From assembly GCA_904063045.1 (NCBI GenBank), contig CAJFCJ010000020.1, positions 922,916 to 986,915 on the forward strand: DNA of 64,000 nucleotides. The letters are read 5' to 3'. Below are positions 18,464 through 30,885 of this stretch, in pieces. The stretch's first letter is position 1; each line of letters starts with the position of its first letter. The DNA comes from Dimorphilus gyrociliatus. Taxonomy: Eukaryota > Animalia > Annelida. The notes under the pieces were generated by a model. It had not been told where the DNA came from. It worked only from the letters and a program-made list of their open reading frames with translations, and made no database searches. Made by a program: the position numbers and the translations under genes.

Positions 18464-18980
18464 TTAAGTGTTCTTCATACGCGATTGTAATAATTTTCTA
18501 ACAAAATGTCCGTATGATTGGATATCTTCAGAGAATTTTGCTTTCTCATTAGTAAAATTCATCTTGTCAGGAGATACGTAATAGTTGCATGATATTTTTG
18601 TCTGTAATCAGTAAAAGCTACCTTAAAAGAAAATGCCTTAATCTAAACATATAAACTTACTTTCTCTGAATAAACACTTTGAAGTAAATTGCCGTCTAGA
18701 GTAATATGATTTAAATGTAATGTATCTAAAATTTGTGATACTCTTAATACAGCTTTATATATGTTATATAGAGTTTTTGATGAAAGATTCCAATGAAAAG
18801 ATTTCATTGAGATATCAAGATGATAAAAATATTTTAAGGACTTCTTGAAGAAGATGATCATTGGTTAAAGAAAAACGGGTAGATAGAAAAGAACAATCTT
18901 CTATACATATATATATATTAGATCGAATATAATTACTATTTTCAGTTGTTTCCAATTTAACACTTTCTATTAATTCTTTC
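18464..18980 (-). CDS. Degenerate protein-kinase-like segment (hinge to subdomain IX), probably the spliced C-tail of the adjacent GPCR. Exons 18980-18661 (with a +1 frameshift near 18825-18829) and 18601-18464
   Basis: Clean 59-nt GT-AG phase-0 intron 18660-18602. Motifs IYICIEDC, ILDTLHLNHIT, KIS, YVSPD and DIQSYG occur in kinase order. Confidence 0.55.
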
Positions 18981-19030
18981 CTGTTAAATAATTGTTTATA
19001 TAATTCTTTAATAAAATATTATCAAGTTGT

Positions 19031-22000
19031 TCAATGAAAAGAAATTAACTTTAATTTCTGTTGTTTGTGTTTATTTTTTTTAAGAACGGTTATTCCTAAA
19101 CCAGTTGAATAAATAAAAGGATTTAAAATGCTATTCAATGGTAGAATAATCACAATAATCCATGGATAAACAGAATTTTCCACACCTCCTAGCTTAATTA
19201 CTGCCAGAATTCCTTTTTTTTAAAAAAAAACTTTAATTAAACCTTAAATATTAAAGTTCTTTGTGTTTTTTTAACCTAGTATTGAAGTTGGCAGCCAACA
19301 GCAAAGGTTCGTAAAGACGACTAGTATACTTGTTATTTTGACTTTTTCCTCATTTTTCCTACGAGTTAAATTGACCGCCAAATTTCTAGACTCAATTAAA
19401 CTTTTAATCATTAAAATGTATATTGTCATTATGATTAAGCAGAATAATAGCATCATTAAACCGAAAATAATGAATGAATATTCCAACCCTTCAACTTTTT
19501 CACTAGTTATGTGAAGTGAAAAGCAGACAGTTGATCTAGAATAATAGTTCTAAAATGAAAGGATTAATATATAAAATTTTAGCTAAGATGATAAATTAGA
19601 GAGTTGAAGATTACCCAAGGTAACATTAGAGGTATAACTGAAATGACAATGGAAATAATAATGTTAATTGTGATTAATATTAAGATTCTTTGAAAAGTGA
19701 TATATTTTGTAATAAATGGATATTTTACAACTGAATAGCGAACTATTGTAATATAAAGTAAGGATATAGTTGATGATGTACTTGCAAAAACACCAGCAAA
19801 TTTACAAACGTTTCCATATCTCCATTCTTCATCATGCTTTATATATTCACCTTTAAATATTATATCAGCTATAGCTATTATTGCTAAGTAGGATCATAAT
19901 GAAAGATCACTTAAATTTAAACATATATAAATCAATTGAACAGGTCTATGGAATGATTTAAATCTCAAGATGAGATTGATAATATTACTAGTTAAACCCA
20001 AGATTATTATTAGCCAAATACAAGTTCTTAAGACTATCCAACCGAGGAGATCGTTGCACGAATTAAATAAAGATCTTTCAGGTGTGCAAGTATGAATTAA
20101 TTTATGTAATCTTTTAGCAATACAACAAACTTGGAAATTAGTATTATACAAATATCTAATCTTTTGTAAATGTTTCACAATGAAAAAACTATATTTTGTT
20201 GGTAAAAATGTATTATTTAAATGTAATTCCTCAACATTAACCAAGTATTGGAAAGTATTATATGAAAAGCTATAAATTTTACAATCAGTTATTAATAACT
20301 TTCTTAATTTGATTAGATTATCAAATAGATTTTCACTTAAAATTGTAAATAAATTAAAAGATAAATCAAGATAGAAAAGATTGATAAAATTTGAAAATAT
20401 TCCAGAATCTAATAGAGCTATTCTATTCTTCTTTAAAGTCAAATATTGAAGATTAAATAGTGTCAATTCTTTAAAATTATGAACAGTTTCAATTTGATTA
20501 TCTTCAGCAATTAGAATAGCTAGATTTGGAAATGGAATTGCTAATATTTTAATATAACCATTGGATACATTGAAGCTGGTAACAATATTAGAAAAAGCGA
20601 TGTTTGTTGTGTAATTATTGAATAATTTAATTATTGATATATGTTTGTAAGCAGAGGAGAATGGTATTAAAAAATTATATTGGTTTATGCCATTACATGA
20701 AATTTTGTATTTTCTATGACAACTGCAATAAGTAGGGCATTTATAGTCATCACAAACTGATTCATCACTAGCCAACAAACAATCGATTTTACCATCACAA
20801 ACTTCGTTCAAAAGTATGTATAACTTTTGCTTTGAACATTTAAAATATCCTCTTGGACGGTATTTCTCTATGAAAGGAAAAAGGCAAACATACAATACTC
20901 ATATATCATAGTCGTTTTCTAGTAACCGCAGTCATACTCATCATCCTGATAGATACAATGAGAAATACCATCGCAAATGTTTTTTTATCGAAATACAGTA
21001 AGAGTGATAAAAGCATTTGTATTCGCCCTCTCTACAAGTTACATTGTGATGTGTACAATCTTTCAAATCATAAAAGGGAAATTGAGGCTTTGTGATTAAT
21101 TTTCCCATAGAGTTGTAAGAGATTTTGCATTTTGTCTTGTTTGTACGATTTGGAAAACGGTTTTCAAGAAATTTGTCCCATAGTTTATGAAAACATCTTT
21201 ATAAACAAAACAACGTCAATCTCAAATAATATAGTATGGAATTAATCTTATAATTAACAATGGTATTGTTGAGGAACGGATTTTATAACAAATATTTACA
21301 TCTTCATCTGTCGTATCGCCACTCAGACAGTCTCTTTTTTAATCGCATTGTAAAGATTTCTGTATGCAATTGCTGCGACAACTAAAATGAGAACTTGAAC
21401 AAGCTGATACAGTTAATAAATGAAACTTTAAATGAAATTTAAAATGATAACTTGTTTTACGTTTTTCACATTCTTCGTCAGAATTATCCAAACAATTTCG
21501 TTCACTATCACAAAACTTTTCTTTTTCAATATATTGATTATTTTTGCATTTTTTTAGTCTTAGAAAAAATTCAATATTATAAATCAATGATCTATGAAAT
21601 AGGTAAATGGACGTTTTCTTATATATTTACTTATTATCGTTTAATTTGGTATAAACTGCAGAAATTTAAAACTCTATAGATTAATTTTAATAGCTAAATT
21701 ATTTTATGTATTACCACAACCAACTTCATCCCTTCCGTCCGGGCAATGAGGATAATAATCGCATACGTATTTGACAGGGATGTTAATTTTCGAAGAACAA
21801 TAAAAATATAATTCATTATTACAATCTTCCTCATCCTCTACCGATTCACAATCATTTTCTCCATTACAAATATCAAAAACACTGATACAAATATCTTCAT
21901 TAGCACAAGAAAATGTATTATTTGGACAAGAGAAAGAAATATCATTTCGTAGCTGTTCATTCAAATTCAAATTTGGAACGAATTCCCACTCTTAGAAAAC

Positions 22001-24413
22001 GAAATACATAATATTAAATTTGACTGTCAATTGAACTTTTTTAATTTATTACTTGATTTTCTAACTTCACAAAAAATATACTTCATAGTTTTGGAAGAAC
22101 AATCTGATTTGCCTAATCCATAATTTTTGATTACAGGGCATAGACGTTGTGGAGGTAAGAAATCAGTAATAATTTCATTAAGGCTAAGTTTTCGATCGCA
22201 ACTGCCGTATCTATCAATAGAGGAGATAGGTGATTAACTTGAAAAATATATGCGTTTAACTTCACGTCTCAGGAACTAGCCATAATCCAGCTACCTCCAG
22301 GGGTACTTTGTCACTAGTTGTAATTATTTCTCTGTTGTGGATATCCATTCGTCGCTCAATTCCAACAGGTACAGGAGACTCTAGAAAACTGTACCATAGG
22401 TTATTGATGGTAAACTTTATTCAATGACTCATATATTACATTCCACGGCGATTTATATTTTGCTCCCGGAGAGTTTCATTTTTAGATAACAACATTAGCA
22501 TTTTGCGGAGTGAGAGAGCTTCCTGCGTTCTAGATACACCGATTAAGGTCAAATTAAGATTCTCACAAAAACTAAGCGCCTTGTCATATGATTGATGAAT
22601 AAGTCTAGAACTGCCCATATAACATTTATACTCAACAGACCATAAGTTTGGGGAATGGCATTCTTTAGGGAGATAATAGTAATTTTATGTTAAATATTAT
22701 CTAATACTTTTAAAATTGCCTTACGCATAGGTATTGTATAGGAGCAAGACAATCCATAGCGAATAGGAACATGTAAAGGTAGTTTCAACTTTGAAAGAAT
22801 GCAATGCGCAAACACTGTTGCATTCTTTGGGCAAACGAGTTGAAAAGCAGCAAATGAAGTCACTGGAACCTTTGAGTGATAATATACAAAGGGTTCCACT
22901 TTTAGCACCAAATGTTTGACAAATAATCTGTTCAATAGGAAAAAGTAAAATTATTGAATAACCCTTATCTATAGAAGTTTTGAAAATATTGTTAAAATAA
23001 AACAAACATTTGCTTCAATAGATAAAAATGGCTTTGTAATAACTGAAAACCAACTATTAAAGTATTTGTATTCTAATAAACCTTTTATATCTGATTCTCT
23101 CTTTGACTTATTGTAGATTGCATCCTCAGCTGTATAACGAAGGCGAAGAGAAGCATCTGGAAAAATATGTTTTATTGCTTAAATGTTATCTATTGTAAGC
23201 AACTTTCAACTTTGAAAATTTTCCTTCTTTGACTCGCATTTTATTTTACATATCGTCTTACTTGAATAATATTTAAGAGTTTTATATGTGCACTGATTTA
23301 GATGATAGCTTTCGAGAGGACAGTTAAAAACTAAGAAATCATTCTCCTCATGATAATAATGTTGAATTAATTTCCGTACACAATAAGTTGTTATTTCCCA
23401 CGAGAACGATAATCCAAAATACTCGCATAATAAACTTGCACTTTTAGTAGGTATATTGTACCCTTCAAAAAAAAGGGTCATAGGACCGTATTTCTCAGAA
23501 ACAAATATTGGAAAAATCTCTTTTAATCCTTTATCTTTTTCAAATGATGAATCGATGCCCAAATATTCATACAACAATTGAATACTTAAATTCATCGATG
23601 CTTAGAAGAAAAAGCTAAAATCTCACAGCTTTGTTTACGTATTTTAAACAATACCTGCGTCCCTGTAAATTGAACATTTTTGAAGTGAACAGCTCTTTTT
23701 CTCAGATATTTTATGAATTGTATTGTTTACGATCTTCCAAAAGTTTTGTGCCTTTAATAAAATGACCTTTAGCGATAAATGACTAAAAGTAACATAGGCT
23801 GCAGAACATTTCTCTTTTTCATAACGCGATTTTCCACAAAATTTATATGATTTTTGCTGATAGCGTATGTAAAGATAGCTCTTTTTTAGTACAGAATGTA
23901 TCCCAGAATATATGAACAATACTGATAAAAGTTATTTATTGATTAGAAGCAAAAGAATGAAATAATAACTAAAAGTATTAGAACCTGGAATGTCTTTCTT
24001 AAAACATTTAAAATATAAAAATCTATTGTGAGGTACTGTACAATTTTCAGTCTGGCTGAATAAAATGATTGAAAAATTAACATCTTACTATTAGTTTCAG
24101 CTATTATCATTGGATAAAATAACAATGTATCTTGGTTCATTGATCCACAAATGTGACCGTACAGATTATCTATACTATTATATGTTAAACGAGACATATG
24201 CAAATGTAATTTATTTATCGATTTTGGAAAAGTTACAATTACAGGACCGAATATGCTCTTTTCATCTTCTTTAATTATTGGAGATATTGAATATTTTACA
24301 TCGTAAAGTGACCACTTTTTAGTGGATGATTTACACTTAAAAATACCTCTAATATTCCTTCCATATAATGCAAAAATTATCAAAATATAATGAACATATA
24401 TACGCATTTTCAT
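19031..24413 (-). pseudogene. GRL101-like (LGR-type) GPCR: signal peptide, CUB-like x2, SRCR-like x2, C-type lectin, LDLa x6, LRRs, 7TM; carries in-frame stops and a frameshift
   Basis: LDLa repeats (CNGENDCESVEDEEDC etc.), LRRs (LTLKKNRIALL, LDLSFNLF), GRL101-type TM motifs (KHDEEWR...CKFAG, YYSRSTVCF, ILPLNSILNPFIY). TAA at 21339-21341, TGA at 19894-19896, frameshift near 22890. Confidence 0.85.
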
Positions 24414-25030
24414 TATTGTTGAACAAATGAAAACTTGCGTTAAATTATGTTTAAGTAAATTTAAATGAAACTTAATAGTTGTTTCAAATTACGCTCTTAA
24501 TGTAACTTTTAATGGATTTATGACTGTATAATGAGAGTAATACGAACTAAAAGAATACTACAGGAAGAGATCTATTCAGAGTAGCAAATTGAAAGCCTTA
24601 TACAATATACAGTATGTATATGCATGTAAAAACTGTACTGTATATAAGATAGATAGGTATATGTCCTATAAAATTTATTGTATTATAAATGATCATTGAC
24701 TGACAGAATTTCAATAAAATGATTGAATCATAATATTCATTTTACTAAAGAGAGATAATACAACTTTGTTATATTCCGTAGCATATACACTATAACAAAA
24801 AAAAGTCGCAACTGCTGTGGTTTTAATAAATTCAACAGAATTATTAGATAAATCAATAGAAAAATTCTAACAGGAGAGATACAAGCTGTAAAAGAAACAT
24901 GTGTTTCACTTTTTTTTTCTATTTTACATATGGGTTTATTGTCAAGTCACACAAACTTTTCAACAGGCAAAGGACAGTATAGACTTTTAAATGATAGAAA
25001 GTTAAATATCTAAATTTTCTATTAAGAATT

Positions 25031-26142
25031 ATGGACAAAAATACAACGATTGGTTAGTATGATTATCTCATCAGTTATAGGATTTTTGTCAAAAAAATAT
25101 GATTTATATTTCTTGAAATATTGATTTTAAAACAGGAAATCCATTTGATGAATGGCGGTGCACAAATTCGTTGTGGGTAACTACACTGCTAGGCCTTTAT
25201 GCAGTAGTTGTCACAATTGGTAAAAAAGTCATGAATAATAGAAAACCATTGCAAATTAAATCTCTTCTTATCATTTACAATATCTTCCTTATTCTTCTCA
25301 ATTTAATCATCTTTTATAAGATGTCTAAAGAGATTATTATTCTCTTTAAATATTCTGGAGTAAATCTCTTTTGTAAACCATACGAACTTCACCATCCTCT
25401 GTATAAAGAAATGCAATTCTGCGTATGGCTTTTCTATATATCTAAGCCAATAGAGTTCCTTGACACGTTGGCTTTTATCGTTCGAAAAAAAGAAAATCAC
25501 GTCTCATTTCTACACGTCTTTCATCATCTAACAACATTTCTTATTGTTTGGATAGGAATGCATTACTATCCTGATCTAGCTATTCGTATGTCATAACACT
25601 CTCTTTTTAGTATAAAAATCTAGTTATCATTTATTCTAACAGTTCTAATACCAGTCGTTCTGAATAGCTTTATACATGTAATTATGTATTTTTATTACGC
25701 TATGTCAGTATTAGGAGGTCAGTATAAGAAATATTTATGGTGGAAAAAATATCTAACTGGCCTACAAATGGTAATGTAAAGTTTGAATAGTTGCAAAAAT
25801 ATTAAAACATTGCATTTTAGACTCAATTCTGTTTGATAATTGGCTCAAATGCATTGGCATACATTAGAGGATGTCAACTTCCAAAGAGTCTATATATTTT
25901 ATACGTTGCTGATATTAGTATACTGTTAATTCTATTTCTAAACTATTACCTCAAAACATACCTGAATTCGACTGTTAAACTGGTAATAAAAAAATAAATA
26001 CTTGATAAAAAATCTATAGCAAAACGGATAATCAATTATTTTACTAATTTTATTTATTCTTTTACCCCGACAGAACCACAATGGAAATCTTAATGGAATA
26101 AAAAATAAAAATATACAGTATAAAGAGAAAAAAAAGAACTAA
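25031..26142 (+). CDS. ELOVL: Fatty-acid elongase, copy A (ELOVL4/7-like), five exons
   Basis: [16 protein letters not shown] histidine box, [23 protein letters not shown]; C-terminal KKKN* ER-retrieval motif. Confidence 0.95.
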
Positions 26143-27924
26143 TGGATTTTTTCATCAATTTAAAGCTTTTAATAAAAAATATGTTATAGTTAATAGGGTT
26201 TTGTTTTTTCTTGCTTGTTAATAAAGAATAAAACTAACTAATTTTGTTTAGTTATAGACTGTTTGACTATTTTTTTGTTATTGTCTATAAAATTTAAATC
26301 ATATTGAGTAATATGAAACTTTTTTATGCTTATATATATACATGAGAGTGGTATGTTGTATCTTATTTTATTTTATATAAATATATATATATCTGTGTGT
26401 TGTGCTATTCGTAAATTTTCAACATTACAAGAGTTTTAGAATAGTGAATATACTATGTAACCTTATATATCTGGAGTCGTAAATAATAGTTATATGGAGT
26501 GTATTGTGATGTAATAAGACCAATTTTCGTCATAAAATTCTTTATAACCGAATTTTTTTTAAGATTAATAAACCAAATAATTTTCATTGAGAGAATTTCA
26601 TTATGTAAAATATAAGGATAATGCTAATCACGAGAAAAGAATACGTTATTAAATACTTTAGTCCGGTAAAGATTATTCATTATTATCGGAATGACAATCA
26701 AATTATAAGGACTTGCTAAGGTTATCATTTGTAAATAATAAAAATATAGCTTTGTGCATATAGCACACTCTGATTACAAAATATAGAACGATAAAGAGCT
26801 TCACCCTGTTCTAATAATAATAAAAATGTATTTAATAAATTTTCCGTATTACGATCAATGTATAACATCTATTTAAGATATTTACCCTTTACATATTCTT
26901 TTTCCAACAGCCTACAACCCGTATATTTCTAATGAGTAATAAATTCTAGATAATTTACACAATTTTGCTAATAATATAAATATAATTAAAAGAAATTCCA
27001 ATAGTAGTAAAAGAAAAAGCAACAATACATAAAAATTAATGACAGTTTGTAATATAAGTTTGTAAAGTAAGATATACAACGCATGTAAATTTAACGATGA
27101 GAGATTAACGTATTTATTTATACTGTATATTATGTTATGTGACTAACTGAATGATTCAGAAAATTAGAGAAATGAAAAGATCACCTGATTAAGATTTTTT
27201 CTGTAATTTTAGATAATTTTTAAAGATCATCAATTTACTGTACAAATTTTCCAATTTAGATTAATAAATAATTATTAATAATTACAGTTATTACTCATAA
27301 CAAACAAATAATTCTTGTAATATTTTACAGCGGAATGTAATATAATGGTATCGAGTATACATATAAATATATATAACCTATTTTATTGACTCAAATTCAA
27401 ATACATATAAACTATTACCGAGGGAAAAATGTTTGTTTAGATTATAAATCCCATTCCCTAAATATTTTTCCTTCTTTGTTTTTCTCCAGAAGCATTAAAA
27501 GCTTCGAATAATTCCCAAAAGTTTTATATTTGCGTTTTACAAAGTTATAAATTTATTAAAAATTCTGGAAACAATAGCAAAAATAAACGATAAACGATGG
27601 TTTATTTATAAAATTCTAAAGCAAGCATTAAAATTCAAAGCTAGTTAGACATATAGTTAAAGTAAATCTTAGTTTTTCTGCCTGTCATACTGGCTTATAG
27701 TATAGAACATTGTACGACGAAAATATTGATAGCCATAATATATATGAATGTGAGCATTGGTGGGCCTTCAGTAAAAAAAAAAACAATATTAGACAGACTA
27801 GTTGTGTGTGTTCAAAGGCACTTTATCAGTAGAATCATCTGTAGGTGTGTCGAATTTTATATAAGAGTCTCTTTGCTATATCTTTAACTTTTTATATAAT
27901 TAAATTATCACTTCTACGGAAATA

Positions 27925-28993
27925 ATGGGTGGGAATATAACTTTAGGTAAGTTGCATCTTAAATTTGGATTATTAATGAATTAAATGTCTTCCTTCTTCA
28001 CAGATAATCCATTTAACGAATGGTCATTTACCGATCCATTATGGGTGGCATTTTTTCTTTTCATTTATTCAATAATTCTTATGGGAGTTCCGAGACTAAT
28101 GAGCAATCGAAAGCCATTGCAAATTAAATCTCTTCTTATCATTTACAATATCTTCCTTACTCTCCTTAATTTAATCATCTTTTATAAGATGTCTAAAGAG
28201 ATTATTATTCTCTTTAAATATTCTGGAGTAAATCTCTTTTGTAAACCATACGAACTTCACCATCCTCTGTATAAAGAAATGCAGTTCTGCGTATGGCTTT
28301 TCTATATATCTAAGCCAATAGAGTTCCTTGACACGTTGGCTTTTATCGTTCGAAAAAAAGAAAATCATGTCTCATTTCTACACGTCTTTCATCATCTAAC
28401 AACATTTCTTATTGTTTGGGTAGGAATGCGTTATTATCCCGATCTAGCTATTCGTAAGTTACATTGTATTCTTTCTCAATTAAAGTTTTATCTCACCGAC
28501 TACCGAAACAGTTTTAATTCCAATTGTTCTGAATAGCTTTGTACACGTGATTATGTATTTTTATTACGGCGTGTCAGTGCTAGGAGCTGAGTATAAGAAA
28601 TATTTATGGTGGAAAAAATACTTAACTAGACTTCAAATGGTAAGACTATATTTCTATGGCAATAAAAGTACAATTATAGAGAATTTCAGACTCAATTTTG
28701 GTTAATAATTGGCTCAAATGCATTGGCATACATGAGAGGATGTCAACTTCCGAAAAGTGTATATATTCTATACGTTGCAGACGTTAGTGTACTGTTTATT
28801 CTATTTTTAAACTACTACCTAAAATCGTACTTTGGATTGAAAGATAATTCGGTAAGTAAAGTATTAACTAACCTAATTTTGTAATAGAAATTGCCTATTC
28901 AAAAGAAATAATCATAATTCCTATTGGTTATTCTTATTTCATCAGGTTACAAACGGTATAAACAACGGCAGAATTAATAATAAGAATAAATAG
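27925..28993 (+). CDS. ELOVL: Fatty-acid elongase, copy B (tandem paralog), five exons
   Basis: Same motifs and intron positions as copy A. Exons 27925-27946, 28005-28453, 28512-28639, 28690-28851, 28946-28993. Confidence 0.93.
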
Positions 28994-29314
28994 AGAGAAA
29001 GAGATAGAGAGCCGATAGATTTTATAACTTTTCTTAGGTATTTTTGTTGTCGTATAACATTTATTAGAAAAAAAATACTTTAAATTATCATATTTGATTA
29101 AAAGACAAAAAATATGAAAAGTTTGTTACTTTTTGTTTTTTTCCCTAAAATTTCTATATAGTTTAATATAATAGTTTGAAATTTACCTATGAAATATATG
29201 AGAAAACAAAAAATATAATAAAAAAGATTACTTTTCGTTATGTACACTCATATTCTGAAATTGATATTATGTTTGTGTTAGCTTTTTAAAAATATAAAGT
29301 AGATATTAAGATGC

Positions 29315-30885
29315 TTATACACTAGCAGTCTCGCAGTATTCTAGGCAATCTGGAACAGGATCTGGATTTTTTGCGCCTTCTAACCAACAGTGAATTCGTC
29401 TAATTGTGGCGGCGTCACATTCAGCATCGGTCTCTGCTAAGGATAAATCGTTTAATTCGGAGCTTAAAGGCCAGGTGAAATGTGTGCTATGAACTTCCAA
29501 AACGGAATTTGTAGTAATATAGTGTTCTGAGTGACGGCTTTCAGCCTCGGATAAAATTAAAGAGTGGCAGGAAGGTCTCTGTCGCATTCCATGCTTATAG
29601 CTTCCATCGTCTGTACAGGAAACGCTACCGGAGGGTGTCCTCCAAGGTAGCTGACTATCTTTGGCGCTACTTAAGGAAGAATTAGCACCTGTGCTTGGCA
29701 CATCAAAGAGAATTGCTTTTCCGGACCTCAGAGGAGATGTGTCCAAACAAGAGGGCAGGGGGTTCGTTATTTCTTCCAAAGAATAATTGCATTCTACTAC
29801 TGTTGATCCTTCCGGGTCGGACTGGCAGACAAATGGTAAGTTCGAGCAGAAAATCTGAGATTCGTTTGTGTCGGACATTGTTCTATAAACCGGAGTTTCT
29901 TGGTCTACCGTCTCTTTCCACGGAAATCCGGATAGAGGATCCCCGGCACCGGAATTTTCGCTTTTAGTCTTACCTATAAAAAGCAAATATCAAATTTTAC
30001 AAAACATTAGGCTGATAATAAATAACTAGAGCAAGCTCCTAAACGCTTTTTCAAAGTAACTTAGGGATATCTTTTATTCTAGTCTTGTACAGCTAAATGC
30101 TAATCTGTAATGGCCTTTTCTGACGTTGCAGATGTTAAAAATACTTTCTATCTTTCGTGTAGTTCTGTAACTAATTAAATCGGGATGACATAAGTCATGA
30201 CGAAGCGAAAGAGATGAAAATAACTAACTTCGACCTTGAGAGATGAATTAATAGAGAAACCTTGACATGGATATTTCGAATGAAATCAGATGCTGCATCT
30301 GCTCAAGGGTGTTTTCATGGATAGAAAAAAATTTCGAAGCAGTTTGCTATAGATATAGCACAGATAGTATATTACTTTTTTAACCTTGAAGCTTTTGAAT
30401 ATTGCAAAAAATAGCTACCGCCATAGTTTTACTATCAGATTTAATGAATTTTTATATTAACCATTCTTAATAATAAATAGCGAATGTAAAGATAAAAATA
30501 GAAAAAAACTACATTTCGCCATTCATTCAGATTGTTCTAGATAAGGCGCCATCTAGTGACATTTACTACGCAACATAAAATCAATCTCGTCTTCTACCTC
30601 ACCACCTTATTTCTTACAATATTTTTTGCCTCTTTTTTTCTTTCTATCTCTCTTTTCTTTGCTATTCTTATCCTCGACTCTTTTACTTCTTTGAAAATAG
30701 TTTTATGGTTAATACTTACGCTTAGAAACTTTCTTCCTCAGTATATACCCATGGATTCTTTTATGCATAATTGCACATCTTCTTAGGCGTCTTTTTAATT
30801 TTGAATTGGGCCATTTCCATTTTGAATTGGCTAATTTTTCTATTTGTTTACTCTGTTCATTTTCGCCCACTTGTAACGTCGACAT
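29315..30885 (-). CDS. Orphan two-exon protein (274 aa): basic N-terminus, Ser/acidic low-complexity body, C-terminal RRIHCWLEG
   Basis: ATG 30885; exon 30885-30720 (C|GTAAGT) joins in frame to 29973-29315. GC content clearly above the flanks. Confidence 0.75.
30546..30559 (-). promoter_or_regulatory. CTCF-like motif TCACTAGATGGCGC
   Basis: 13/14 match to CCASYAGRKGGCRS, intronic. Confidence 0.5.

Noticed and set aside
19894-19896. TGA as selenocysteine or programmed readthrough in the GPCR TM2
   Set aside because: Aligns to a conserved Gly rather than Cys, no SECIS recognised, and other lesions co-occur.
29966-29980. Acceptor immediately followed by GTAAGA (recursive-splice-like) at exon 2 of the orphan gene
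   Set aside because: No downstream minus-strand exon to splice to; explained by Arg-Lys codons.
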